Origin: Ruminococcus sp.
GTDB lineage: Bacteria > Bacillota > Clostridia > Oscillospirales > Ruminococcaceae
NCBI GenBank assembly: GCA_017443395.1
Contig: JAFRXR010000167.1
Coordinates: 1-40,512 of the forward strand
Length of the DNA stretch: 40,512 nt
Direction of reading: 5' to 3'
In this document: one piece after another, positions 1-9,617 of the stretch
How positions within the stretch are numbered: position 1 is the first letter of the stretch
Layout of the letters: the number at the start of each line of letters is the position of its first letter
Notes under the pieces: model-generated
Told to the model about the DNA's origin: nothing
What the model saw: only the letters and a program-made list of their open reading frames with translations
Databases searched by the model: none
Translations under genes and position numbers: made by a program

Positions 1-202
1 AAAACCAAGGCGAAGCGACCAGAGGCTCTGCCTCTGGACTCCGCCAAAGGGTCAGCCGACCCTTTGGAATCCTATTGTGGAAAACAGTTCAACATATTTT
101 CCGTATGCGATGTACGAGTATGAACGTTGTTAAGAGTGAGCGAGATCACGAGCGGCAACGTGTCCGCCAACGCGGACTCCGCGCCCCTTTGGAATCCCGT
201 TG
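1..202. repeat. Modular hairpin mosaic element, copy 1 (truncated at window start)
   Basis: 10-77 (gcgaagcgaccagaggc..gcctctggactccgccaaaggg..ccctttggaatcc.attg) matches 33985-34052; 101-184 matches 34063-34147; 185-202 repeats the ccctttggaatccc module and abuts the radA stop. Confidence 0.85.
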
Positions 203-1573
203 CTAAATCGCCGAAAACGCCTTTTTCAGCGTCGAGGCGGGGATTATCTCTATCTCGTAGTCCTTCGGGTCTATGGATTTCATGTTCTGCTGCGGTATCA
301 CGCACTTCGTGAAGCCCATGCGCTCTGCCTCGCGGATACGCTGTACGATGTGCGACACCGAACGCACCTCACCGCCAAGCCCTATCTCTCCGAACGCCAC
401 GAGCTGCTCGTCTATCTGCTTGTCCATGACGCCCGAGTACAGTGCCATAGCTACCGGCAGGTCGCCCGCCGGCTCGTCCAGTCGGAAGCCGCCTACGATG
501 TTCAGGTACACGTCGAGCGAGCCCATGAATATCCCCAGACGCTTCTCCAGCACCGCGATGATGATGTTCAGGCGGTTGAAGTCAAAGCCCGTGACCATGC
601 GGCGCGGTGCGGCATAGCTGGTCTTAGCCGCAAGTGCCTGTACCTCCGCGAGTATCGGACGGGAGCCCTCCATGACGCACGCTACGCACGTTCCCGAGAC
701 GTTGTGGGGACGTCCCTCCAGCAGCATCTGCGACGGGTTCTCCACCTCGCGCAGTCCGCGGTCTATCATCTCGAACACGCCTATCTCGTTAGTCGAGCCG
801 AAACGGTTCTTCACTGCCCTCAGCAGTCGGTAGCTCTGGTGGCGCTCGCCCTCGAAGTACAGCACGGCGTCCACGATGTGCTCCATGACCTTCGGTCCCG
901 CTATCGCTCCGTCCTTGTTGACGTGTCCCACGATTATCACCGGTATCTCGCGGTCCTTGGCGGTGTGCATGAACAGGTTAGTGCACTCGCGCACCTGCGT
1001 GATACTGCCCGGGCTGGACGTTATCCGCGATATGCTCATGGTCTGTATGGAGTCGATTATGGCTATGTCAGGTGCGGAGCTCGCTATCGTGTCAGCTATC
1101 GCCTCTGCGTCGGTCGCGGTGAGTATGTAGAGGTTCTCGGTGTCAACGCCGAGGCGCTGTGCGCGGAGCTTGATCTGCCGCGCGGATTCCTCTCCCGAAA
1201 CGTAGAGGACGGAGTGCTCCTCGCCTAAAAACTGGCATATCTGGAGGAGTATCGTGCTCTTGCCTATACCCGGCTCGCCGCCGAGCAGCACGAGCGAGCC
1301 CTTGACCAGTCCCCCGCCGAGCACGCGGTTGAGCTCGCCGATGCCTGTGTCGTAGCGGACGTCGCTGTCGACGCCTATCTCCTCGAGCTCCATTATGGAG
1401 TCGGAGAGGTCTGCAGCGGGCTGGGAGTTCCCTCGTGCGGACGATGACGGGGACGGCTCTGCGAGCTCCTCCTCGAAGCTGTTCCATGCCCCGCAGGACG
1501 GACATTTGCCGTTCCACTTGGAGCTCTCGTAGCCGCACTGATTGCAGGTGTAGATGAATCGCGATCTTGCCAT
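203..1573 (-). CDS. radA: DNA repair protein RadA/Sms
   Basis: Zn finger CNQC..CPSC, Walker A GEPGIGKST, KNRFG motif, Lon-like C-terminus; start moved to ATG 1573 behind GGAGG. Confidence 0.97.
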   Translation of the reverse strand: MARSRFIYTCNQCGYESSKWNGKCPSCGAWNSFEEELAEPSPSSSARGNSQPAADLSDSIMELEEIGVDSDVRYDTGIGELNRVLGGGLVKGSLVLLGGEPGIGKSTILLQICQFLGEEHSVLYVSGEESARQIKLRAQRLGVDTENLYILTATDAEAIADTIASSAPDIAIIDSIQTMSISRITSSPGSITQVRECTNLFMHTAKDREIPVIIVGHVNKDGAIAGPKVMEHIVDAVLYFEGERHQSYRLLRAVKNRFGSTNEIGVFEMIDRGLREVENPSQMLLEGRPHNVSGTCVACVMEGSRPILAEVQALAAKTSYAAPRRMVTGFDFNRLNIIIAVLEKRLGIFMGSLDVYLNIVGGFRLDEPAGDLPVAMALYSGVMDKQIDEQLVAFGEIGLGGEVRSVSHIVQRIREAERMGFTKCVIPQQNMKSIDPKDYEIEIIPASTLKKAFSAI

Positions 1574-1584
1574 AGTCCCTCCGT

Positions 1585-2667
1585 TCAGACGAACGCCGAT
1601 GTGAGCGTGAGCTCGTCGAGAATGTACTTTCTTCCGACGCACATTATGCTGTCGGAGCGGGTGTATCCGGACGCGGCCGTGCCGTCGAGCGACTGCGCCG
1701 CGGAAGCGTCTATCGGCGGGAAGAAAACGTGGGAGGTGATGTCCACGGCGAGCTTTCCGTTTTCGCCGTAGCCGCCCTCGAGCTCGATGAGGTCGGTCTC
1801 GCCGGCTTTGTAGATGCGGCAGACTGAGCTCGGGTTAGAACCGTAGGAGAGTATGAGCTCGGGCGTGTCGTCGCCGTCGATGTCGCAGAGCTCAAAGGCG
1901 TAGTTGTCCTCCGCGGTGATGTAGCTCACGGTGCTCGCGAGCTTCTTTTGGAACTGCGCCTTCTGCTCCGGCGAAAGGACATTCAGTGCGCCCCAGCTCT
2001 CGCCGCAGTGCATTGCGTAGTCTATAGAGGCGTCGCCGAAGGTGTACTTCCTTCCGAGGGATACCGACTTCGCCTCGGTATAGGGCTTCATCGCCTCGTC
2101 GTAGGCGGGAAGACTGACCTCCTCGCCGTTTATCTTGTGGGATATCTCGACGCCCTCCATTGCTGCCACGCTGTTGTCCATATAGGTCAGCTGCTGCTCA
2201 AACTCCGTGCCGTTCCACTTGCTGAAGCTGCCCGTTACGAAGCCGTCGCCGTAGAACTCCTCCCCTATCGTGCCTATCTGCTGATAGTAGGTGAAGGTGC
2301 CGAAGTCACGCCCGACTGTGCCGAGCTCCTTTATGGCGCCCTCCGCGCAGGTGTAGACCGTGCATGAGGTGCTGTGCTCGGCGGAGGGTGAGATGATGAG
2401 CTCCGGGGAGCCGTCGCCGGTGATGTCGGCGAGGTCGAACATGGAGCCGTCCACGCCGCTGACCGAGGGTGCGACGTAGTCCGCGGAAGCCGCGAACTCG
2501 CGGAGCTTCGCCTCGTATGCGCTCTGCCACGAATATACTATGCTGCGCGCGGAGACGGGCTCATACGGAGCCTCCTTCGGCAGCGGAGCACTCGGCTGGT
2601 CCTTGTCCGAGCAGCCGGTCAGCAGGACCGCTGTCATTATCATTGCTGTTATCGTTCTGTGTCTCAC
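1585..2667 (-). CDS. Lipoprotein with two tandem DxxGDxxPEL-containing domains
   Basis: Lipobox LLTGC; GTG start with GGAGG; internal duplication FDLADITGDGSPELII / FELCDIDGDDTPELIL. Confidence 0.85.
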   Translation of the reverse strand: MRHRTITAMIMTAVLLTGCSDKDQPSAPLPKEAPYEPVSARSIVYSWQSAYEAKLREFAASADYVAPSVSGVDGSMFDLADITGDGSPELIISPSAEHSTSCTVYTCAEGAIKELGTVGRDFGTFTYYQQIGTIGEEFYGDGFVTGSFSKWNGTEFEQQLTYMDNSVAAMEGVEISHKINGEEVSLPAYDEAMKPYTEAKSVSLGRKYTFGDASIDYAMHCGESWGALNVLSPEQKAQFQKKLASTVSYITAEDNYAFELCDIDGDDTPELILSYGSNPSSVCRIYKAGETDLIELEGGYGENGKLAVDITSHVFFPPIDASAAQSLDGTAASGYTRSDSIMCVGRKYILDELTLTSAFV

Positions 2668-2703
2668 GAAAAATGCCTCCAGTTTGTTTTTAGCATAACC
2701 TTT

Positions 2704-2732
2704 ATTATACCATGATTTGCTGAAAAGTGCAA
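2704..2732 (-). promoter_or_regulatory. sigmaA promoter for lipoprotein-radA
   Basis: TTGCAC-17 nt-TATAAT with TG extension on the minus strand. Confidence 0.7.
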
Positions 2733-2743
2733 CAGCAAAGCAG

Positions 2744-2770
2744 AAAAAACCTCCCCATGCGGGGAGGTTT
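2744..2770 (-). terminator. Intrinsic terminator
   Basis: aaacctcccc-atgc-ggggaggttt hairpin followed by a T-run on the minus strand. Confidence 0.75.
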
Positions 2771-2775
2771 GTGTG

Positions 2776-3456
2776 TCAGTATGTTCTGTCTGTCGGGACG
2801 GGCGTGCCGCACTCGCTGCAGAACTGCGCGGAAGCCCGGAGCTTGTTGCCGCACTTGGCACAGAAGTTGCCCTGCGGCATGAATGACGGGGTCTGTATCG
2901 ACTTAGCCTCCTGTGCGGCTGCCTCCGGAGGAGCGGCGGCAAAGTTCGGGTCGTTGAGCTGGTGTATGTACTGCGCCTGTGTGTAGAGCCTTTCCTTCTC
3001 GCGGGCGTCGATGCAGTCCATCACGGTGTGCTTGAACGCCATTGCGTCCTTGATGTAGCCGAAGCGCATTCTTGCGGAGGTGGTGCATATCTGTATCGTG
3101 GAATAGCCGAAAAGTCTGCCGAAAAAGGTCTCGTCCAGCGCGAAGTTGTCTATCTTTTCGAGGTAGGCGTCGAGCGACTGTCTGATGATAACGCCGGTCT
3201 TGCCGATTATCTTCTTGTCAGTTACGCCGAGCTCTGTGCTCTTCAGCTTGATTATGCCGACGATGACACAGATCATCGCGACAATAAATGCGATGGCAGT
3301 GGGGAAACCGTCTCTGATGAGACTGGAAATGACCGCTCCTATGCAGACGAGCAGGAAACTCATCAGAAATGTCGGAACGAGCGGGACAGCGCTTATAGTC
3401 GCCTTTGCGATGAGGCGCTCCGAGGGTCTGAGATTGTTTTCTACATATCTTGCCAT
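2776..3456 (-). CDS. Membrane protein with bacterial PH (bPH_2-like) domain and C-terminal zinc ribbon
   Basis: Two hydrophobic helices, ELGVTDKKIIGKTG...FFGRLFGYSTI pattern, C-terminal FCAKCG..FCSECG. Confidence 0.8.
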   Translation of the reverse strand: MARYVENNLRPSERLIAKATISAVPLVPTFLMSFLLVCIGAVISSLIRDGFPTAIAFIVAMICVIVGIIKLKSTELGVTDKKIIGKTGVIIRQSLDAYLEKIDNFALDETFFGRLFGYSTIQICTTSARMRFGYIKDAMAFKHTVMDCIDAREKERLYTQAQYIHQLNDPNFAAAPPEAAAQEAKSIQTPSFMPQGNFCAKCGNKLRASAQFCSECGTPVPTDRTY

Positions 3457-3485
3457 GATATCTGCTCCTTTGCAGTTTTTTCTTA

Positions 3486-3514
3486 ATTATACTCCCAATA
3501 GTGCAAAATGTCAA
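3486..3514 (-). promoter_or_regulatory. Consensus sigmaA promoter
   Basis: TTGACA-17 nt-TATAAT on the minus strand upstream of 3456. Confidence 0.85.
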
Positions 3515-3611
3515 CATCTGCCGTCAAAAGCGTCACACTCCCTTGCGTTTCCCGCCGAAGTATGGTAAAATGGAAGTACCATTTCAAAAGCGCCCGTAAG
3601 GAGGTAAGATC

Positions 3612-4289
3612 ATGATCTATATGCTCGAGGACGACGGCGGTATCCGCGCGTTCGTCACCTATGCACTGAACAATTCCGGCTATGAAACAGCTGCCTTCGA
3701 GACGCCCTCGGCGTTCCGCGCGGCTCTCGCAAAGGAGCTCCCCGAGCTCATTCTCCTCGACATCATGCTCCCCGAGGAGGACGGTCTGTCCGTCCTGAGG
3801 AGCCTGCGCAGCGCTCCCGATACCGCGGATATCCCCGTTATCATGCTCACCGCCAAGGGCACGGAGTACGACAAGGTCGCGGGACTCGATTCCGGCGCGG
3901 ACGACTACGTCGCGAAGCCGTTCGGGATAATGGAGCTCATCTCCCGCGTGAAGGCTCTGCTCAGACGCTCAGGAGGAGCGTCCGGGTCGGGAGCTGTCCT
4001 CAGCAGCGGAGGGGTCACTATCCACCCGCAGAAGCACACCGTCACCGCGGGCGGCAGCGAGATATCCCTCACACACAAGGAATATGAGCTGCTGCTCCTC
4101 ATGATGAAGAACAAGGGCACGGTATTCTCGCGCGATGAGCTGCTCAGGCAGGTCTGGGGATATGACTTCGCGGGCGAGAGCCGTACCGTCGATGTACATA
4201 TCAGGACGCTGCGCGCCAAGCTCGGAGACTGCGGGGACGTGGTCCAGACCGTGCGCGGAGCCGGGTACAAGGTGGTGGAGGATAAGTGA
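3612..4289 (+). CDS. OmpR/PhoB-family response regulator (PhoP-like)
   Basis: EDD, LLDIMLP, GADDYVAKPF, winged-helix SRTVDVHIRTLRAKL..TVRGAGY. Confidence 0.95.
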   Translation: MIYMLEDDGGIRAFVTYALNNSGYETAAFETPSAFRAALAKELPELILLDIMLPEEDGLSVLRSLRSAPDTADIPVIMLTAKGTEYDKVAGLDSGADDYVAKPFGIMELISRVKALLRRSGGASGSGAVLSSGGVTIHPQKHTVTAGGSEISLTHKEYELLLLMMKNKGTVFSRDELLRQVWGYDFAGESRTVDVHIRTLRAKLGDCGDVVQTVRGAGYKVVEDK

Positions 4290-4311
4290 CCAAAGGATAT
4301 TCGGAAGCATC

Positions 4312-5973
4312 ATGGCAATGTCGCTCGTCGCGATGATACTGTCGTTCATGTTCATTACTGCCGTCACGCAGAGCATCTCCATTGCAAGGTCGCAGGAGGG
4401 CCTCGCCACGCAGGCTGAGGTCATCGCGAGCGGCATAAAGCTGAACGGGAAGCGCTTCCTCGACGAGACGGTATTCGGCGATTACCTGCGCGTGACGTGG
4501 GTGAGCCGCAGCGGAGAGGTCATATATGACTCCGACAAGGACGTGCGCAGCCTCGGGGATCACTCCGACCGCGCTGAGATAAAGGCTGCTCAGAAAAACG
4601 GCAGCGGAAGTGCGTCGAGATACTCCACCACAACGAAGACCACTGAGTTTTACTACGCGATGAGGCTCGACGACGGGACAGTCCTGAGAGTTTCGGGCGG
4701 ACACACGACCTACTCCGCACAGGTAGTGAGCCTGCTGCGTCCGACCCTTATCGTCATCTTCCTGCTGATACTCATGTCCGCGCTTTTTGCGGTGGTGTCC
4801 TCAAAGCTGATAGTCAAGCCGATAAACTCGATAGACCTCAATGACCCGAAAAAGGGAAAGCGGTACCGTGAGCTCGAGCCGCTGCTCGTCAAGCTCCACG
4901 ACCAGAATGTCCGCGTCAGCCGCCAGATAGACGAGCTGAGCCGAAGCCGTCAGCAGTTCGATCAGGTGACCGAGCACATGACCGAGGGTATCGTCGCGGC
5001 GAATTCAAGATCCACGATACTCACCTGCAATTCCGCGGCAGCCGAGCTCCTCGGTGCGGGACAGGTCAGCGAGGGACAGAGCATTTTTGCCCTCAACCGC
5101 TCGGATACGTTCAGGCACTGTGTCAACGACGCCATGGGCGGCAAGCGCTCGGAATGCGTGATACACACCGACGGCGGCGACAGAGAGGTCATCGCCAGCC
5201 CGGCGAAATCCCCCGACAAGATAAACGGCGTCGTGGTATTTATCATGGACGTCACCGAAAAGCAGCAGCTCGAGGTCATGCGGCGCGAGTTCACGTCTAA
5301 TGTATCGCACGAGCTGAAAACTCCGCTCACCACTATCTACGGCAGCGCCGATATGCTCGCCAACGGTATCGTCAAGCCGGAGGACGTCCAGCAGTTCGGC
5401 GGGAATATCCGCAGCGAGGCTGACAGGCTCATCACGCTCATCGACGACATCGTTTCGCTCTCGAAGCTCGACGAGGACGCTGTTCCGCGCGAGACCGAGG
5501 ATATCGACCTCTATGACCTAAGTGACGAGGTGGTAAGAAGGCTCGCTCCCGCGGCGGCTGAAAAGAATGTCACCGGCGATATCACAGGCAGTCACGTCGT
5601 TTTCAACGGCTGCCGGACCGTCATCAGCGAGGTCATCTACAACCTCTGCGACAACGCCATAAAGTACAACAATGACGGCGGAAGCTACACCGTGAAGATA
5701 TCCCAGAAACACTCAAAGGCGGTCATCACTGTCAGCGACACCGGTATGGGTATCCCGCAGCAGCATATCGGGCGTATCTTCGAGCGATTCTACCGTGTGG
5801 ACAAGAGCCGCTCGCGCCGGATAAAGGGCACGGGTCTTGGTCTCTCGATAGTGAAACACGGGGTCATGTACCACGGCGGCGAGGTGCGTGCCGAGAGCAA
5901 GCCCGGCTGCGGTACGACCTTCATCGTCGAGCTGCCGCTGCATAAGAACACCGGCACTCCGGCGGAGGAGTAG
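4312..5973 (+). CDS. PhoR-like sensor histidine kinase (PAS, HisKA, HATPase); true start may be GTG 4286 with a frameshift
   Basis: H-box FTSNVSHELKTPLT, NLCDNAIKY, DTGMGI, FERFYRVDKSRS, GTGLGLSI; two TM segments; first in-frame ATG after the regulator is 4312. Confidence 0.9.
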   Translation: MAMSLVAMILSFMFITAVTQSISIARSQEGLATQAEVIASGIKLNGKRFLDETVFGDYLRVTWVSRSGEVIYDSDKDVRSLGDHSDRAEIKAAQKNGSGSASRYSTTTKTTEFYYAMRLDDGTVLRVSGGHTTYSAQVVSLLRPTLIVIFLLILMSALFAVVSSKLIVKPINSIDLNDPKKGKRYRELEPLLVKLHDQNVRVSRQIDELSRSRQQFDQVTEHMTEGIVAANSRSTILTCNSAAAELLGAGQVSEGQSIFALNRSDTFRHCVNDAMGGKRSECVIHTDGGDREVIASPAKSPDKINGVVVFIMDVTEKQQLEVMRREFTSNVSHELKTPLTTIYGSADMLANGIVKPEDVQQFGGNIRSEADRLITLIDDIVSLSKLDEDAVPRETEDIDLYDLSDEVVRRLAPAAAEKNVTGDITGSHVVFNGCRTVISEVIYNLCDNAIKYNNDGGSYTVKISQKHSKAVITVSDTGMGIPQQHIGRIFERFYRVDKSRSRRIKGTGLGLSIVKHGVMYHGGEVRAESKPGCGTTFIVELPLHKNTGTPAEE

Positions 5974-5984
5974 TTCGGATATAG

Positions 5985-6012
5985 AAACGGGCTCCCGAGG
6001 GAGCCTGTTTTT
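5985..6012 (+). terminator. Intrinsic terminator of the two-component operon
   Basis: aaacgggctccc-ga-gggagcctgttt hairpin followed by T-run. Confidence 0.75.
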
Positions 6013-6019
6013 CGATAAT

Positions 6020-6098
6020 TGTAGGGGCACCGTCCCGGCGCCCACATTCTAAATGATATTGCACACAAAAATGACGGACACAAACGTCAGCCACTACA
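6020..6098. repeat. Degenerate GTAG-type REP/REPIN unit
   Basis: tgtaggggcaccgtcccggcgccc at 6020 and a decayed inverted partner ending ctaca at 6098. Confidence 0.5.
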
Positions 6099-6108
6099 GC
6101 CTGATACC

Positions 6109-6137
6109 AAAAAGGGGCTCCTCGGAGCCCCTTTTTT
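6109..6137. terminator. Bidirectional terminator after folD
   Basis: aaaaaggggctc-ctcg-gagcccctttttt. Confidence 0.85.
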
Positions 6138-6138
6138 C

Positions 6139-6996
6139 TTACATCAGCCCTGCCTGCTGCTTTGCAGCGGTGAGGGTATTCTTCATGAGCATGGAGATGG
6201 TCATAGGTCCGACGCCGCCCGGTACAGGCGTGATGAACGATGCCTTCTTCTCTGCGGACTCGAATTCTACGTCGCCGCAGAGCTTGCCGTTCTCGTCGCG
6301 GTTCATGCCGACGTCGATAACGACTGCGCCCTCCTTTATCATGTCACCTGTCACGAACTTAGCCTTGCCGATCGCGACTACAAGTATGTCCGCGCCGAGG
6401 CATATCTCCTTGAGGTTTTTGGTCTTGGAGTGGCAGATAGTCACGGTGCCGTTCTTCTGGAGGAGGAGCATTGCCTGAGGCTTGCCTACGATGTTGCTCC
6501 TGCCGATGACTACGCACTGCTTGCCGGTGATGTCCGTGCCGGTGCTCTCGATGAGGCGCATTACGCCTGCCGGTGTGCAGGGCAGGAACGAGTAGTTGCC
6601 GATCATGATGTGCCCGACATTTACCGGGTGGAATGCGTCAACGTCCTTCTCGGGTGCTATCGCGTTGATTATCGCGGTCTCGTCGATGTGCTTGGGCAGC
6701 GGGAGCTGGACGAGTATGCCGTTCACTCTGTCGTCGCGGTTGAGCACGTTCACGAGGTCGAGGAGCTGCTCCTGGGTGGTGTTCTCGTCGAGCGCGTACT
6801 CGAAGGACTGGAAGCCCACCTCCTCGCAAGCCTTCTTCTTGTTGTTTACGTATACTCTCGATGCGGGGTTGTTCCCGACGATGACTACCGCCAGACCTAC
6901 CTTCAATCCCTGCTCGTCGCGGAGCTTTGCGGTCTCAGCCGCTACCTCCGCCTTGACGCTTGCGGATACTTCCTTGCCGTTTATTATCTGTGCCAT
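6139..6996 (-). CDS. folD: Bifunctional methylenetetrahydrofolate dehydrogenase/cyclohydrolase
   Basis: [42 protein letters not shown]. Confidence 0.98.
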   Translation of the reverse strand: MAQIINGKEVSASVKAEVAAETAKLRDEQGLKVGLAVVIVGNNPASRVYVNNKKKACEEVGFQSFEYALDENTTQEQLLDLVNVLNRDDRVNGILVQLPLPKHIDETAIINAIAPEKDVDAFHPVNVGHIMIGNYSFLPCTPAGVMRLIESTGTDITGKQCVVIGRSNIVGKPQAMLLLQKNGTVTICHSKTKNLKEICLGADILVVAIGKAKFVTGDMIKEGAVVIDVGMNRDENGKLCGDVEFESAEKKASFITPVPGGVGPMTISMLMKNTLTAAKQQAGLM

Positions 6997-8333
6997 TATT
7001 CTTCCTCCTCGTCGTTTTCAGCGGGTTTTTCGTCTGATTTTTCTTCGGACTTCTTCTCCTCAGCGGGCTCGCCGTCAGAGTTCTCCTCGGGGGTTTCCTC
7101 AGCAGTCTCATCAGCGGGCTTATCGTCGGACTTCTTGTCCTCGCCGGGCTTTACCTCTGCGGGCTTTTCGTCCTCGGCGTCATCATCTTCTTCTGCGTCG
7201 TCAGACTCGCCTTCGTCGGCTTCCTCGTCAGAAGCGTCTTCGTCCTCGTCATCATCGTCATCGCCGAGGATATCCTCGCCGTCTTCATCTTCCTCGTCTT
7301 CGTCATCGTCCATGATGTCGAAGTCCTCGTCATCATCGTCGAGCTCTATCTTGGAGTCCTCAACGGAGACGCCCATTCTTCTTCTGCGCGATTCCTCGAG
7401 CAGCAGGCGCGATTCCTTGGTGTGGCAGTAGAGCGTGTATCTCTCGGGGTCGCGGTGGAGCTTGGAGAGCATGACTATCTGGAGTATCACGGACACTATG
7501 AATATGACAGCCGAAAGTGCCTGCGAAGCGCGTATGCTTCCGATCATAAGGCTGTCTGTGCGCAGTGACTCGACGAAGAACCTCTCCGCGCCGTACCACG
7601 CCATGTACATAAGGAAGAGCTGTCCGTCGTACTTGCGGCGCTTCGAGAACCACGCCAGCAGCACGAAGCCAATTATGCACCACAGTGACTCGTACAGGAA
7701 GCAAGGGTGTACCGGTGTCTCCCAGAACATCGTCGGGTTGCCGTTGAGGTACATATCCCCGCCTATCTGTGTCTCAGCGATGATCGTGGACTGTATCCTG
7801 CCGCCGGTCATCCCGAGGAAGCTGTTCGTGTTGGTGCCGAATGCTTCCTGATTGACGAAGTTGCCCCAGCGTCCGACGCCCTGTCCGATGAGGAAGCCCA
7901 GCACCGTGATATCCAGCATGGGGAGCACCTTCACCTTGCGCAGCTTGCAGACGATAAGTCCCACGAGCAGCGCTCCGATTATGCCTCCGTAGATAGCAAG
8001 TCCGCCGTTGCGGGTGTTGATCATCTCCTTGAAGCCCTTGCCCTTGTAGTCGTCCCATTTGAGGAGGACGTAGTAGAGCCTTGCGCCGACGATACCGCCG
8101 AACACGCCTCCGATAACTGCGTCGATAGTGCGGTCGGAGTCAAGTCCGAAGCGCTTCATCTTGGGGAAGCAGTAAACGAGAGCGAGCACAAGTCCTACGG
8201 TTATCAGTATCCCGTACCACTGTATCGCTAAATTGCCGATAGTGAACGCAGTGGGGTCTATGCTGAGCTTTATCCCGAGCTTCGGGAACTGTATCTGGTT
8301 GGGGTCTGTTATTCTTTCAACTGCTGCATACAT
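6996..8333 (-). CDS. lgt: Prolipoprotein diacylglyceryl transferase with long acidic C-terminal tail
   Basis: [44 protein letters not shown]; its TAA overlaps the folD ATG. Confidence 0.95.
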   Translation of the reverse strand: MYAAVERITDPNQIQFPKLGIKLSIDPTAFTIGNLAIQWYGILITVGLVLALVYCFPKMKRFGLDSDRTIDAVIGGVFGGIVGARLYYVLLKWDDYKGKGFKEMINTRNGGLAIYGGIIGALLVGLIVCKLRKVKVLPMLDITVLGFLIGQGVGRWGNFVNQEAFGTNTNSFLGMTGGRIQSTIIAETQIGGDMYLNGNPTMFWETPVHPCFLYESLWCIIGFVLLAWFSKRRKYDGQLFLMYMAWYGAERFFVESLRTDSLMIGSIRASQALSAVIFIVSVILQIVMLSKLHRDPERYTLYCHTKESRLLLEESRRRRMGVSVEDSKIELDDDDEDFDIMDDDEDEEDEDGEDILGDDDDDEDEDASDEEADEGESDDAEEDDDAEDEKPAEVKPGEDKKSDDKPADETAEETPEENSDGEPAEEKKSEEKSDEKPAENDEEEE

Positions 8334-8336
8334 ATA

Positions 8337-9617
8337 TCACATCGTCCCTTCGATGACCGACATCACCATGCGGTCACGCTTTAATTCTTCACGCACAAAG
8401 CTCTCGACGTCCTCGCGGGTGAGCTCTGAGAGCGCCCGGAGCGGGTCGTAGGGACCCACGCCGTCCATGTGCGAATTTATCATGAGATTTGCCACCGCTT
8501 CCACATTGTTCAGCTCGCGGACGAGCAGACCGTAGGCGGATTTCTTTATGCGCTGGAAGTCCTTGTCGCAGATACCCTCCGAGGATATCCTCGTGACCTC
8601 TGCGGCGATACTGTCGCGGACCGTCACGGGCTCGTCGGATTCTCCCGCGAATATCACCGTGAAGTAGCCGTCGCCCTGGAAGACCTCCGACCCGAAGCTC
8701 GAGTTGATCACTCCGGATTTCAGCAGCTTCTGATACATCTCCGAGGAGGCGTCCGTTATGAGTGAGGAAGCGATATACGCCGCCGTGGACTTTTTCAGTC
8801 TCTCCTGACCGCTGCACGCGCGGCACTTGTAGCCGACGTGGAAGATGTCCGCTCCCACGGGCTGCTTTTCGTATATCTCAGCCTGCACGATACTGTCGGG
8901 CTCGTCCGGGAAGACGGTCTCCAGACCCTTGTCCTCGCACGGCTTGAGGCATTCGTCGCATATCGCGAGCACCTCGTCAGCGGAGATGTTTCCCGCCACG
9001 GAAAGCGTCATGTTGTTGAGGTTGTAGAACGTATGGTAGCATTTGTAAAGGAGGTCTGCGTCTATCTGCGCGATGCTCTCGACCGTTCCCGCGATGTCTA
9101 TCTTCACCGGGTGCTCGTGGTACATACACCGCAGCATATTGAAGAATACGCGCCATTCGGGATTGTCGTTGGTCATCTGTATCTCCTGCCCGATTATGCC
9201 CTGCTCCTTGTCCACGCTCTGCTTGGTAAAGTAGGGCTTCTGCACGAAGTCAAGGAGTATCTTCAGCGACTCCTGATAGTTCTTCGAGCAGCTGAACAGA
9301 TAGCAGGTCTTGTCGAAGGAGGTGTAGGCGTTGCCGCTCGCGCCGGTCTTCGCGTAGAGCTCGAAGACGTCGCAGTCCTCGTTCTCGAAGAGCTTGTGCT
9401 CGAGGAAGTGTGCTATGCCCTCCGGCACGACGGTGAAGTCCTTGTCGTCGCGCATTTTGAACATCGTGTTTATCGAGCCGTACTTCGTGCCGAACAGCGC
9501 CTCGACGCTGCTGAAGCCCGGCATTTCGCAGATGTAGATGTCCAGACCGCTGCTGTGCTTGACGTGTATGCAGCTGTCGCCGGTATTGGGGCTCCTGAGG
9601 ATCTCTTTTCCGCTCAT
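8337..9617 (-). CDS. M16 family zinc peptidase (YmfH-like, catalytic subunit)
   Basis: GIAHFLEHKLF (HxxEH), NAYTSFDKTCY, EQGIIGQEI. Confidence 0.92.
   Translation of the reverse strand: MSGKEILRSPNTGDSCIHVKHSSGLDIYICEMPGFSSVEALFGTKYGSINTMFKMRDDKDFTVVPEGIAHFLEHKLFENEDCDVFELYAKTGASGNAYTSFDKTCYLFSCSKNYQESLKILLDFVQKPYFTKQSVDKEQGIIGQEIQMTNDNPEWRVFFNMLRCMYHEHPVKIDIAGTVESIAQIDADLLYKCYHTFYNLNNMTLSVAGNISADEVLAICDECLKPCEDKGLETVFPDEPDSIVQAEIYEKQPVGADIFHVGYKCRACSGQERLKKSTAAYIASSLITDASSEMYQKLLKSGVINSSFGSEVFQGDGYFTVIFAGESDEPVTVRDSIAAEVTRISSEGICDKDFQRIKKSAYGLLVRELNNVEAVANLMINSHMDGVGPYDPLRALSELTREDVESFVREELKRDRMVMSVIEGTM

Noticed and set aside
200-1228. Long antisense ORFs (200-1228, 6430-7431, 11139-12371, 16285-17418, 17847-19412, 21396-22604, 22327-23805, 32393-33976, 34054-35115)
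   Set aside because: Shadow frames opposite well-supported genes, expected from GC-rich codon bias; no RBS or recognisable motifs
4135-4311. Upstream extension of the kinase ORF to 4135
   Set aside because: Overlaps the response regulator by about 150 nt with non-protein-like sequence; better explained by the start near 4286/4312
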